Below, in pieces: positions 35,501 to 42,987 of a stretch of DNA of 64,000 nt. Both the position numbers and the translations under genes were made by a program. The DNA is taken from assembly GCA_002633005.1 (NCBI GenBank), contig NMRA01000059.1:103610-167609 (forward strand), written 5' to 3'. This DNA comes from Phoronis australis. Taxonomy: Eukaryota > Animalia > Phoronida. Numbering within the stretch: position 1 is the first letter of the stretch; each line of letters begins with the position of its first letter. The notes below the pieces were generated by a model that had not been told where the DNA came from, searched no databases, and saw only the letters and a list, made by a program, of their open reading frames with translations.

Positions 35501-38043
35501 AGGCAGTCATACTGCTTAAACAACAATGCACTACAATCATTTTTGCACTGCCACCTAAGTGTGCGTGTAGTGAATGTGAACTTTAAAGTCAGCGCATAAC
35601 ATAATTATGCAAACAACAACATTGTATTAATCGATGTTTCGGTTTATTGTCTCTAAACCATTCTCAAGACAAATGTTCTCAATACTCCAATCAGGTAACA
35701 CGGATGGAGAACAGTCTGCACAGGTATACATCAAAATGCAATGTGAGGGGAGAGACCAGAAATCAAAACAGTTGGAGCTCAAACGAACCAATGTTTCTAT
35801 TGAGATAGCCCTCAGCATGATTCAACCATATATGCATAGCCTCCTTTGTGGGGAGCCCGAGGGTGGTATTAGCCGTGTCCAAAATTTGAACACCAGAGTC
35901 TCCTGTAGTGCGACTGAAACGTTGATTAAATTAATACAATGTTGTTGTTTACATATGCACTTATTTTAAAGTTCTTATTCATATTTTGGCCTAAACCAAA
36001 TGTGATCAAGTAGTGAATAGGAGATAAAGTAACAACTGTACTGATGCTGTGCTTAGTCATGTCTAGAACACTTCTATATACTCAAGTGGTCACGAAACCT
36101 TTGTTAAAGCAAGTCATTGATATTTACAGGTGATGGCTTCAACTGTTTTCCTAAGTACGGCTGTCGCTCTAATCAACACTGTGTCATTAACGACACCTAT
36201 TGTGATCAAAAGACATCCACGTGCTTGTGTAGAAAGGGCGTCTTACTAAATGGTAATATTTTCTTTATGTTGTTTGTGTTTCTTGCTGTTGGTCTTGTTG
36301 TTTACCAGCTTTATGCTTCAATTTCCTGTTATCCCAAAATTTATTATTTGCAAATTGTTGAAAATGAACCAAAAATTGTCATGGAAATGAGTATTGTTAT
36401 GCCAGGGTTGTCATGGTTTCAGTTCTGACAAAGGTTGTACCATTACCAACAAGAAGTATAATGAAAGAAATCCAAAATGATGCACCCATCAACACGACAT
36501 GCTTCTTGGGCTTAAAGTGTCATTGAACCCATCCTTTCTGTTGAAAAAACAAGTTGGTGTTAGTTCAGTCAACTTGGTATAAGTTTTGATTGAAGTGTTT
36601 ACTCCCCTGGTACCACGCACATCTATTCTGTTCTACTGAAGAAGATATGGACAACCCTTCAACCACGTCATTCTAGGAATTTTCTGTTCACTTTCACCAG
36701 CTCACCCAGACCTTTGATTGCTGGTCAGAATGAGGCAACAAGTTTTATAATTTGCATGGAACTCACATTCTGTGATACCATTGGCTAGTACAGTAATGGA
36801 TCAAGTGTGAGTCATAGCACCGGTTTGCATGTTGACTGGAGCACCACGCCATATTAATTTGGTGTATTTTCCAAACGCAACAAATGTTGCATTTATGTAA
36901 GACATTGATAAAATACAGGTCATGTGACAATATACAGGTCACATGACAACATGCAGGTCACGTGACAAAATGCAGGTCTTGTTGCAAAATACAGGTCACA
37001 TGACTACAATCATACAGGCTTTATTGCTGGACACTTTGTATGTTTCTCTGCTCACCAAAGATTTTTTAAAATAATTATGTAGTTTAATAGTTAGAAAGTA
37101 GCATTCTAGATAATATTTTAAGAAACTTGACAATGAAGATAGCCTTCTATGACTAGTTTGTTCTTTTCCTGCTGTTTTGTCATTGTCTCCTGAGAGGAGC
37201 CTGGTACAGTGTGTGTCGTCTTAACACTCTGGTGCTGTCATAACACTTTGTGTCCTTTTCTTGACAGATACCTTCTGCAGTGTCAATGGTCAATCTCCAG
37301 GAGTGACAGGTTTCCAGTTTGACACAGACAATTGGCAAACATGGTTAATCCTTGCTTGTGTGGCTCTTGTTGTAATTGTGGTCGTCGTCATCCTCATTTG
37401 TCTGGTATGTAGACGCAAACGACGTGGGGATGCAGAGATTGACCTACATCAACACCTCAACAATCTGCCACCTCCTAAAAAGATCAACAATGATCTGTCA
37501 ACTAACTTAGGGCCGGCCGGCAAGTATACAAAAAACAGATTCTCTGGAAGCCATTTACCGTCCAATTATGACAAAAATTTAAAGATTTACGGTCGTCTGA
37601 TGAAGGTGAAGGAGGTAGAACGAGGTGATTCTGGCAACATCTACGTAAGTGGGTCACCTGAATCAGACTTAAGTGACGACGTGTTTCTTGACGATCCTCC
37701 CGTGGTTCAGTTGCCGCCACTCTCGGCTGATTTACTAGAGGAGGCTACGCGGCAGAATAGAAACCTTCACTGTCCAGTTGTGGAATCTGCCGCAACGGAG
37801 CGTCTTCCTAAACCAATATTGAAAAAGACTAGTGCTTATGACAGGAGTACTTGTAGTGCAAGTGACGACTCCTCGTCTGAGGAGGAGGGTGAACGAGGAT
37901 CAACACTTTCTGACAAAGAGTGGGAGCCACCTAAGTCACCAACATGCATTGAAGATGCATTGGCAATGATGCCACATTATAGTGAAGACTTGTCACGGCG
38001 CATTGTGGCAAACAGTAATGAGTACACATCATTTGATGTATGA
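11292..38043 (+). CDS. THSD7A: Thrombospondin type-1 domain-containing protein 7A/B-like (5'-partial, 19 visible exons)
   Basis: Exons 11292-11532, 15968-16116, 16447-16552, 17448-17551, 17786-18049, 18810-18995, 19455-19691, 19977-20144, 21045-21215, 21582-21731, 24110-24295, 25000-25127, 25421-25571, [gap], 27402-27570, 28817-29072, 32992-33092, 34378-34506, 36130-36252, 37268-38043. All are GT-AG with compatible phases except across the N gap. Alternating TSP1 repeats (DCxVSxWSxWSxCSxSC..RxR..GGxxCP and W..W..C..CG.G.QTR.V.C), the THSD7-typical GIKVTGGC motif, an EGF-like module, and a TM helix after 'QTW'. A vs B cannot be distinguished (probably a co-orthologue). Confidence 0.88.
12001..12356. 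repeat. Tandem repeat, ~46-49 bp, abutting the assembly gap
   Basis: ggcctcagataggcatagccttcttgt...gcaagg..tatatggtgc. Confidence 0.9.
15436..15634. repeat. Tandem repeat, 38 bp x5
   Basis: gatcacatgaccatgtctttagtgtggtgcattcattt. Confidence 0.92.
15968..16116 (+). CDS. THSD7A: THSD7-like exon (YVWHNSTWLQC...DESLCSD)
   Basis: ttgcag|ttacgt ... gatg|gtataa; phase 2 to 1. Confidence 0.88.
16447..16552 (+). CDS. THSD7A: THSD7-like exon (KAISKSACVVECPVDCQLGEWTQWQLCTEKCEQI)
   Basis: tttcag|ttaaag ... attag|gtaggt; not in the ORF track, translated by hand. Confidence 0.88.
16557..16925. repeat. Minisatellite, 11/12-bp subunits in a higher-order repeat, starting at the splice donor
   Basis: gtaatgtgtcttgtaatgtgtcatgcaatggtcatgtaatggttat. 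Confidence 0.9.
17448..17551 (+). CDS. THSD7A: THSD7-like exon (QRPLLAEPRHGGKTCP...CFWWHT)
   Basis: ttacag|gcagag ... cactg|gtatgt; phase 2 to 1. Confidence 0.88.
17786..18049 (+). CDS. THSD7A: THSD7-like exon (TWSPCSMN...DCQVSPWSEWSECSVSC...RRII)
   Basis: cttcag|gcacgt ... ataa|gtgagg. Confidence 0.9.
18072..18325. repeat. Tandem repeat, 33 bp x~8
   Basis: agctatatgatgatgtctagttcatgttcatgt. Confidence 0.95.
18810..18995 (+). CDS. THSD7A: THSD7-like exon (STIGQNC...QTRDVYCE)
   Basis: tttcag|attcaa ... gaag|gttggt. Confidence 0.9.
19455..19691 (+). CDS. THSD7A: THSD7-like exon (YPIKQS...NCKMTGWSKWSKCSTTC...RVRDD)
   Basis: ttacag|agtatc ... gatg|gtgagg. Confidence 0.9.
19977..20144 (+). CDS. 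THSD7A: THSD7-like exon (TEIRQRKC...WSHC...CGHGKQTRNVSC...VAH)
   Basis: cactag|gtactg ... catg|gtatgt; not in the ORF track. Confidence 0.88.
21045..21215 (+). CDS. THSD7A: THSD7-like exon (ICLNHG...DCPLTDWGSWSPCSQSC...FRNQ)
   Basis: ttccag|aaatat ... caaa|gtaaga. Confidence 0.9.
21238..21388. repeat. Tandem repeat, 29 bp x5
   Basis: agtttgttggttgtgcttcattgagatcc. Confidence 0.95.
21582..21731 (+). CDS. THSD7A: THSD7-like exon (ESKFIQC...CPRYSWLAGPWTSC...SAR)
   Basis: ttccag|gtgaat ... cggg|gtgagt; not in the ORF track. Confidence 0.88.
21879..23641. mobile_element. Non-autonomous Kolobok-like DNA transposon (1763 bp)
   Basis: TTAA on both sides (21875-21878, 23642-23645); imperfect TIR ggcaggtggataca / tgtatacaccccct; the joined flanks recreate the neighbouring repeat unit. 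Confidence 0.82.
23750..23890 (-). mobile_element. tRNA-derived interspersed repeat (SINE-like)
   Basis: Minus-strand A-box-like TGTCCTAGTGG and B-box AGTTCGAGTCC; body gctagaccctagagtcaagtctcta is shared with the 30415-30635 copy. Confidence 0.6.
24110..24295 (+). CDS. THSD7A: THSD7-like exon (LRSCGEGKQTRNLLCQRNDG...CPVDCHVSDW...CGQ)
   Basis: ctgtag|atttac ... caag|gttaga; not in the ORF track. Confidence 0.9.
24318..24532. repeat. G-rich degenerate tandem repeat, ~35 bp x6
   Basis: gggaatacttaaggggtctcttgctggggggacta. Confidence 0.85.
25000..25127 (+). CDS. THSD7A: THSD7-like exon (LKTFTRNILTAAENGGRPCP...LYWTVSP)
   Basis: ctgtag|ggttga ... ccg|gtgagt; three further in-frame donors downstream (25160, 25193, 25226). 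Confidence 0.85.
25101..25232. repeat. Tandem repeat, 33 bp x4, spanning an exon/intron junction
   Basis: actgatctatactggactgtgtcaccg|gtgagt. Confidence 0.95.
25421..25571 (+). CDS. THSD7A: THSD7-like exon (WTKCRK...CGSGTRKRHVRC...CDKPCQ)
   Basis: tgtcag|tggacc ... caag|gttagt; phase 0 to 1. Confidence 0.9.
25574..26119. repeat. Tandem repeat, 60 bp x9+, running into the gap
   Basis: Identical 60-nt lines tcgagccatgatgagatctactatagttatgttactgttaactaattttacttgatgtga...; apparent period 70 bp including aatgatagta. Confidence 0.9.
26120..27052. other. Assembly gap (N); other gaps at 11794-12000 and 59958-60044
   Basis: Runs of N flanked by tandem repeats or TE sequence. Confidence 0.99.
27053..27373. 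repeat. Tandem repeat, 52 bp x6, emerging from the gap
   Basis: cagtattatgttatgtcattataccttgctaacagataatacaacatagtgg. Confidence 0.92.
27402..27570 (+). CDS. THSD7A: THSD7-like exon (NVSCNGELC...CGRGTRTRTIKCRRSD...KLN)
   Basis: ttgcag|aatgtt ... aacg|gtaagt; phase 0 to 1. Confidence 0.88.
27653..28691. mobile_element. Non-autonomous Kolobok-like DNA transposon (1039 bp)
   Basis: TTAA|ggttactgcctacctt ... aaggtaggcattgacg|TTAA; CpG-rich left half. Confidence 0.7.
28817..29072 (+). CDS. THSD7A: THSD7-like exon (EPLD...CPGDCKLTSWSSWGPC...QDLVQT)
   Basis: gcctag|gtgagc ... actag|gtgagt; phase 1 to 2. Confidence 0.9.
29416..29850. repeat. Degenerate tandem repeat, ~33-35 bp
   Basis: tggtagtgaggactgagcaatattacatgtatac. 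Confidence 0.85.
30415..30635 (-). mobile_element. Second copy of the tRNA-derived repeat, with an internal 31-bp x4 amplification
   Basis: tagagacctgactcaagagtctagcagtgt matches 23781-23810; unit aagggtctagcagtgtggcccagtggcactc. Confidence 0.6.
31250..31390. repeat. Tandem repeat, 32 bp x4
   Basis: gttgttttgtgtgggctgtctcatgtacagag. Confidence 0.88.
32000..32750. repeat. Minisatellite, 24/30-bp alternating units
   Basis: tgtatacagacatactcctacacc / tgtatacagacatactcttacacctacacc. Confidence 0.95.
32992..33092 (+). CDS. THSD7A: THSD7-like exon (KCKADSHETCPIFNWKTSDW...VTCETP)
   Basis: ttgcag|aaaatg ... cctg|gtaggg; phase 2 to 1. Confidence 0.88.
34378..34506 (+). CDS. THSD7A: THSD7-like exon (GIKVTGGC...CVDGICQCRADYE)
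   Basis: ctacag|gtggaa ... gaag|gtgagg; resembles the vertebrate THSD7 'GINVTGGC' region plus EGF-like module. Confidence 0.9.
36130..36252 (+). CDS. THSD7A: THSD7-like exon, EGF/EB-like (DGFNC...CRSNQHC...CLCRKGVLLN)
   Basis: ttacag|gtgatg ... aatg|gtaata; phase 1 to 1. Confidence 0.87.
37268..38043 (+). CDS. THSD7A: THSD7-like terminal exon: TM helix plus 210-aa cytoplasmic tail
   Basis: tgacag|atacct; TM WLILACVALVVIVVVVILICLVC followed by RRKRR; stop TGA at 38041-38043. Confidence 0.9.
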
Positions 38044-38255
38044 TTTATGTTAATGGCTGCATGATGTCACCACAGTATTGTGCATATGATTATGTTAATG
38101 GCTGTATGATGTCACCACAGTATTGTGCATATGATTATGTTAATGGCTGTATGATGTCGCCACAGTATTGTGCATATGATTATGTTAATGGCTGTATGAT
38201 GTCACCACAGTATTGTGCATATGATTATGTCAATGGTGGCATGATGTCATCACTG
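38040..38255. repeat. Tandem repeat, 45 bp x~4.7, beginning at the THSD7 stop codon
   Basis: atgattatgttaatggctgtatgatgtcaccacagtattgtgcat. Confidence 0.93.
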
Positions 38256-39016
38256 TAATGTCACAGTTACTTTATACCTCCCAACCTCGTCTAGTGCATC
38301 TAGGGCTTCCGGTGCATCTGACTACTCCAAGTATCTTTACAACTTGTCAAACATCCATCATGTGTGTGGCAGTGCACACTAATGTGCAGTGTAAAGAGTG
38401 GACACCAATGTGCAGTGCAAAGAATGCACACCAATGTGCAGTGCATACCAATGTGCAGTGCAAGACACTGCTGTCAGTCATAGGCTCTACATATAGAGAA
38501 TTTCTCTAACTTTTCTTGACATAATCAACCTGCTAACTCTATGCATGTACAATTCATCAAGTTTGTGACCTGTGTACACTTACTGTACTACATCATTATG
38601 CTTCTGCCAAGCATAATGGGAGGTGGTCCAAAGTGAGCATGACTAAACTAAGTGTAGTTTTTACATTGTTTGTGGCCACATTCTGCCACTGAAGCCCATT
38701 CGTTATGTAATAGTGTTTATTGTACTTATACCTTATTTCCATATATTTTAAGAGGTTTCATTTTGTTAAAAACTTTTAACTATGCATTGTACAGTTGTGC
38801 TTGAGGTTTTATACACTTGCTTCGCTTGTGGCTTTGTTGTAAAGTTTCAAAGTGAGGTTAGAGCCCACCAACAAGTCCCTCCATGTGGCTCATTATCTTA
38901 GTGTTACCGTAGCAATACGTTGTTTTAACTTTGTTTTAGTCTCCATGCAGTTCATGGCGTCAACTCTCCAAGATACGTGCCCTAGTTCACTATACTACAA
39001 CAAGAAATGAAGGTCC

Positions 39017-39195
39017 TACATTCAATTACACAACATGCAATTACACAACATTCAATTACACTACATTCAATTACACTACATTCAATTACACTACATTCAA
39101 TTACACTACATTCAATTACACTACATTCAATTACACTACATTCAATTACACTTCATTCAATTACACTACATTCAGTTACTCTACATTCAATTACA
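39017..39195. repeat. Tandem repeat, 15 bp x~12
   Basis: cattcaattacacta. Confidence 0.93.
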
Positions 39196-39895
39196 GCAAC
39201 TGCCACCTACCCAGCCAAACACTGAGGTGTTGATTTATTCCAAACATGACATCATGACTGCAGAATCTGTCCTGTAGATCTGGACATTGTTGCTATTCCA
39301 TAATCCAAGATATTTCATTGCAAATTTCTGACAAGTTACCAACCTTATAGAAGTTGGGTTCTGTTTGTGGATTCATGTTGGTTCTGTTTGTGGATTCATG
39401 TGTTCTGTCCGTAGGAATAATACAAATCCTGTGATCTACTCTTAACCCACTATCTTGGTGTGTTGCCGTTATGATTTAGACTCGTGGGGTATGTTTAAGT
39501 TCATGATTTTGTCACGGATAATGAGCACAAAAACCCGAGTGTACATGTGTGTAAAAAGAGTAAATGTTTGTAAGTTTTCTATGCTAACATATAACTCAAT
39601 TTCAATTTGTAATTTTTAAGAAAGTTGAATATTATTTTTTTTTATCTAAGTATCTGGATGCTAAGGTGACCTGGAGTATCACATAACATTCTCTCAATCA
39701 GCTCTGACCTGGCGGACTCAGGCTTACTGTTTGCTTCATTTTTGTGCATTTAGCGCACAATTTACAATTTACCTGGAAAGTTTACTTACCTATGTGTTTG
39801 TGACAGACTAAACAATCACTGCTTTTTTCCAGCGAGTTCGTCTTTATGACAATAAACATTGAAGGTACAGTTAGTCCTTGCTACATCTGTATGTT

Positions 39896-40089
39896 GTGTT
39901 ACTATTATTGAGAGGTGGACCATTTCAGTGTTACTATTATTGAGAGGTGCACCATTTCAGTGTTACTATTATTGAGAGTTGCACCATTTCAGTGTTACTA
40001 TTATTGAGAGGTGCACCATTTCAGTGTTACTATTATTGAGAGGTGCACCATTTCAGTGTTACTATTATTGAGAGGTGCACCATTTCAGT
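39896..40089. repeat. Tandem repeat, 32 bp x6
   Basis: gtgttactattattgagaggtgcaccatttca. Confidence 0.95.
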
Positions 40090-42283
40090 CTCATTTTGCC
40101 ACCTGGGATGTTTGTCACTGGGAGATGAACTGTCCATGTAAGCACTATGAGTATGAAGTGTTGCATTGTGGGATTTGTTACTTTTGGGGCAGTTTTGTGC
40201 TTCTGTGAATAAGATATCTTCACAGTGAACATTGTCTTGTCAGAGAGGGAAGAGACTCCTCTGAATGCCAGCAAATCACACCAGGGCTTCTTCACTCGAA
40301 AGTTGGTGCTGCTGCTAGTTTAGGTCGAGATAGTGACCTCATTAGTACAAATATCACTTGAGATAATGGTTGGTGTACTGTGCATTCTTTCTGTCATTAG
40401 GGCCTGCCTTCATAACAGTTGTGGGTAACATAGCATCTTGTTACAGAGGTTAATCTTTTAAAGTTATATGCGACTCAGTCCTGATCAACACACTTCTTGT
40501 GGATAGAGAATGAAGTGGTTTGCAATGAGCTTCAGGAAGGCCATTATCAATATACCTAGACAACCTTTCACTGAAATTTATGTGGTTTGCATGTACTACA
40601 GCTGGTTACAATTAAATGCACAACCTCATAAAAAGTGGTCCAGACTAAGACATCCCAGTTTGAAGGAAAAGTTATTTCCCATAAGTCTCAAAATTCAGCC
40701 TGGGAGGCGCAGCGTGCAGAGGGTTTTTACTCTGCCATCCTGATCTAGGATTGTAGACAGGTCTTATAATTTTAATGTAAAACATTGTTTTCAACAATCG
40801 CAGGGTAGTTGATAGTCAAATACTTTAGTTATTTTGAAAAAAAATGTGTAGGCAGTTAAGGGGTGGTCCAACAATGTTATTGTCCATTAATTCGCGTTAG
40901 TTAAAGGGTGATCCAACAATGTTGTAACCTGTGTTTATTAATACTTTCTTAGGTGTTTACAATGACAACCTGGTAACCAAACAGTATTATTGTTATTTCA
41001 AACGACCAGAGATTTACTGGAGGAAATATGTGTTGCCTTGTTACATGTTCGTCGGCTGTGTGCGAACTATAATTTTATGAGGAGGCTATCAATCGACAGG
41101 GGTCAGTCTACCTGTGTTGGATTAACTCCCCGGAGACAGTGTTTTTCTGCCCCAACGGACTGCAGTGGTTGGCGGGAGCTTTGAACTCCGTATCTGTAGA
41201 GATATGTTTGGCGAGCTCGGTGAATGTATTTTACAGTTACATTCTGTAAGGCATGGTCTTTTGAAAAAGTTTCATAATTCTTCCATTTTTGGTGTCACTT
41301 CAAAAGCTGTAATTACATAAAATGGATTTTGTCCTTTTTTGTGACTGCTGATCTACCAACCATTCTAATAATGTAGGAAGAGAAGCTTTATTTTTAGCAA
41401 AAAAAAAACAAAATGTTTTTTCTCCTTGATTTTGTGCACTAAACAGAAGAGTTCTGGTACTCTTGTATTATATAACAGAAGGGTATGATAGTTGGAGAGT
41501 CTTCCTCACTTAGGGAATAGAGTTGTATTTGTTGTTAATTATATAATTACAGCCTAGTGCATTGTTTATTTTTGGTACGTTCTGAAAGGCGCTGCCGTTA
41601 CACTGTTAGGTAGACGTAAGTATAACAAGTATTTGTATCTTACAATAAGTTATGTGTTCACTACTCACTGCTGACTAAACTTATCCTGTTTTTATGAGAT
41701 TCTTGTTGTAAATCAACTCCCATGGAAAGTGTTGGCCTCGTTTGAGGACCCTGTTTTCCCAACGTTCGCAAGCAGATCGTTTTATCTGTGAGGCTGGCAA
41801 TCAATAGATAAGCCAAGGGGGATTATTCTACACATATCGGCAGGCTAGTTTTTATTAACCATTCTAAGAACTGTCTTCCCTGCATTTAGAGGCTCTTATT
41901 TTTGCAAGACGTTTATTATGTAAGTTACGCTTCTGGTAATTCTTTCAGTGCTCATTTTCAGAGTTGTTTAATTGATGACATATCGTTGAAGTGGATGTAA
42001 TTTTGAAATGAATAAACATATCATTTTTAAAATTGATCGCTTGTCATTCTGGCCTTAGTACTTGCTTGTGTGGAAGTTCCTGAACATGTCGTGAAGGGGC
42101 GTGTTTGTTTCTCACCAACACCTTTCTGTCCTGAAGCTGCTTGCCCTGAAGCAGCCTGCCCTTTCTCTACAACTCAGCTACTAGGTACCCATTGTGAAAA
42201 TAAACAAGAGGAATTTATAATACTTCGAAACAAATATAATTGACTTTAGAAAAATATTTTGATTTTTACAATTAACTTAATCT

Positions 42284-42987
42284 TTATGAATTACATTTGC
42301 AGTGGCTCGGTGGGCAATATCCTGGACAATTCCAAGAGCACCATTGGTCCATGTTCGTATCCCCTTCCCAAGCCCCAGCTGCCATGCAATTTAGCTGAAA
42401 GGATTCTTCGTCTTCACATTTGCAATCACAGCCCTCCCATCCGTTACACGCAGGGCCTGGACAGTTAGTGCTACACCAGTCGTCCAAGGCGCGTTGTCCT
42501 TTCCAAGGTCCGGCGCTTTTCCACGAACAGACAGAACCACTTGAAGAAGCGCATTGTTTGGTCGGCTTCTTAGGTCCAAGTGTGGCTGGCTGAGCGGTAG
42601 TTACCCGTTTCATTGTGGTCGCGTGGACTGTTGATGATGGCATCGTTGGTGTGCTTGTGCTTGTGCTTGGCTTGCGTGATGTTGGAATGCGTGTTGTTGG
42701 CGCGCGTGTTGTCGGTGCGCCTGTTGTGGGCGCGCGTGTTGTCGGAGCGCCTGTTGGCGTGCGCGTTGTGGACTGCACTGTTGTCTTTTTAGTTGATGGT
42801 GGCGATGGAACGCTTGTTGTGCTGCTTTTGCTTGTTGGTTGGGGCGTTGTCGGGGGTTTTGTATCCGGTGCAGTTGGGGTCTTACCGTCTTCACTCACGA
42901 TTCGAACGTCTGCGCAAGCGCGGAACTCCTCTTGCCCACCCAAGCCCAGTCCACAGGTACCGTCTGGATCGCATCCCCAGCTGTTTC
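42284..42987 (-). CDS. AA15 LPMO exon 5 (end of catalytic domain, linker, two Cys-rich modules)
   Basis: caacag|gaaaca; GNSWGCD...QEEFRACADVRI...; stop TAA at 42286-42284. Confidence 0.92.
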
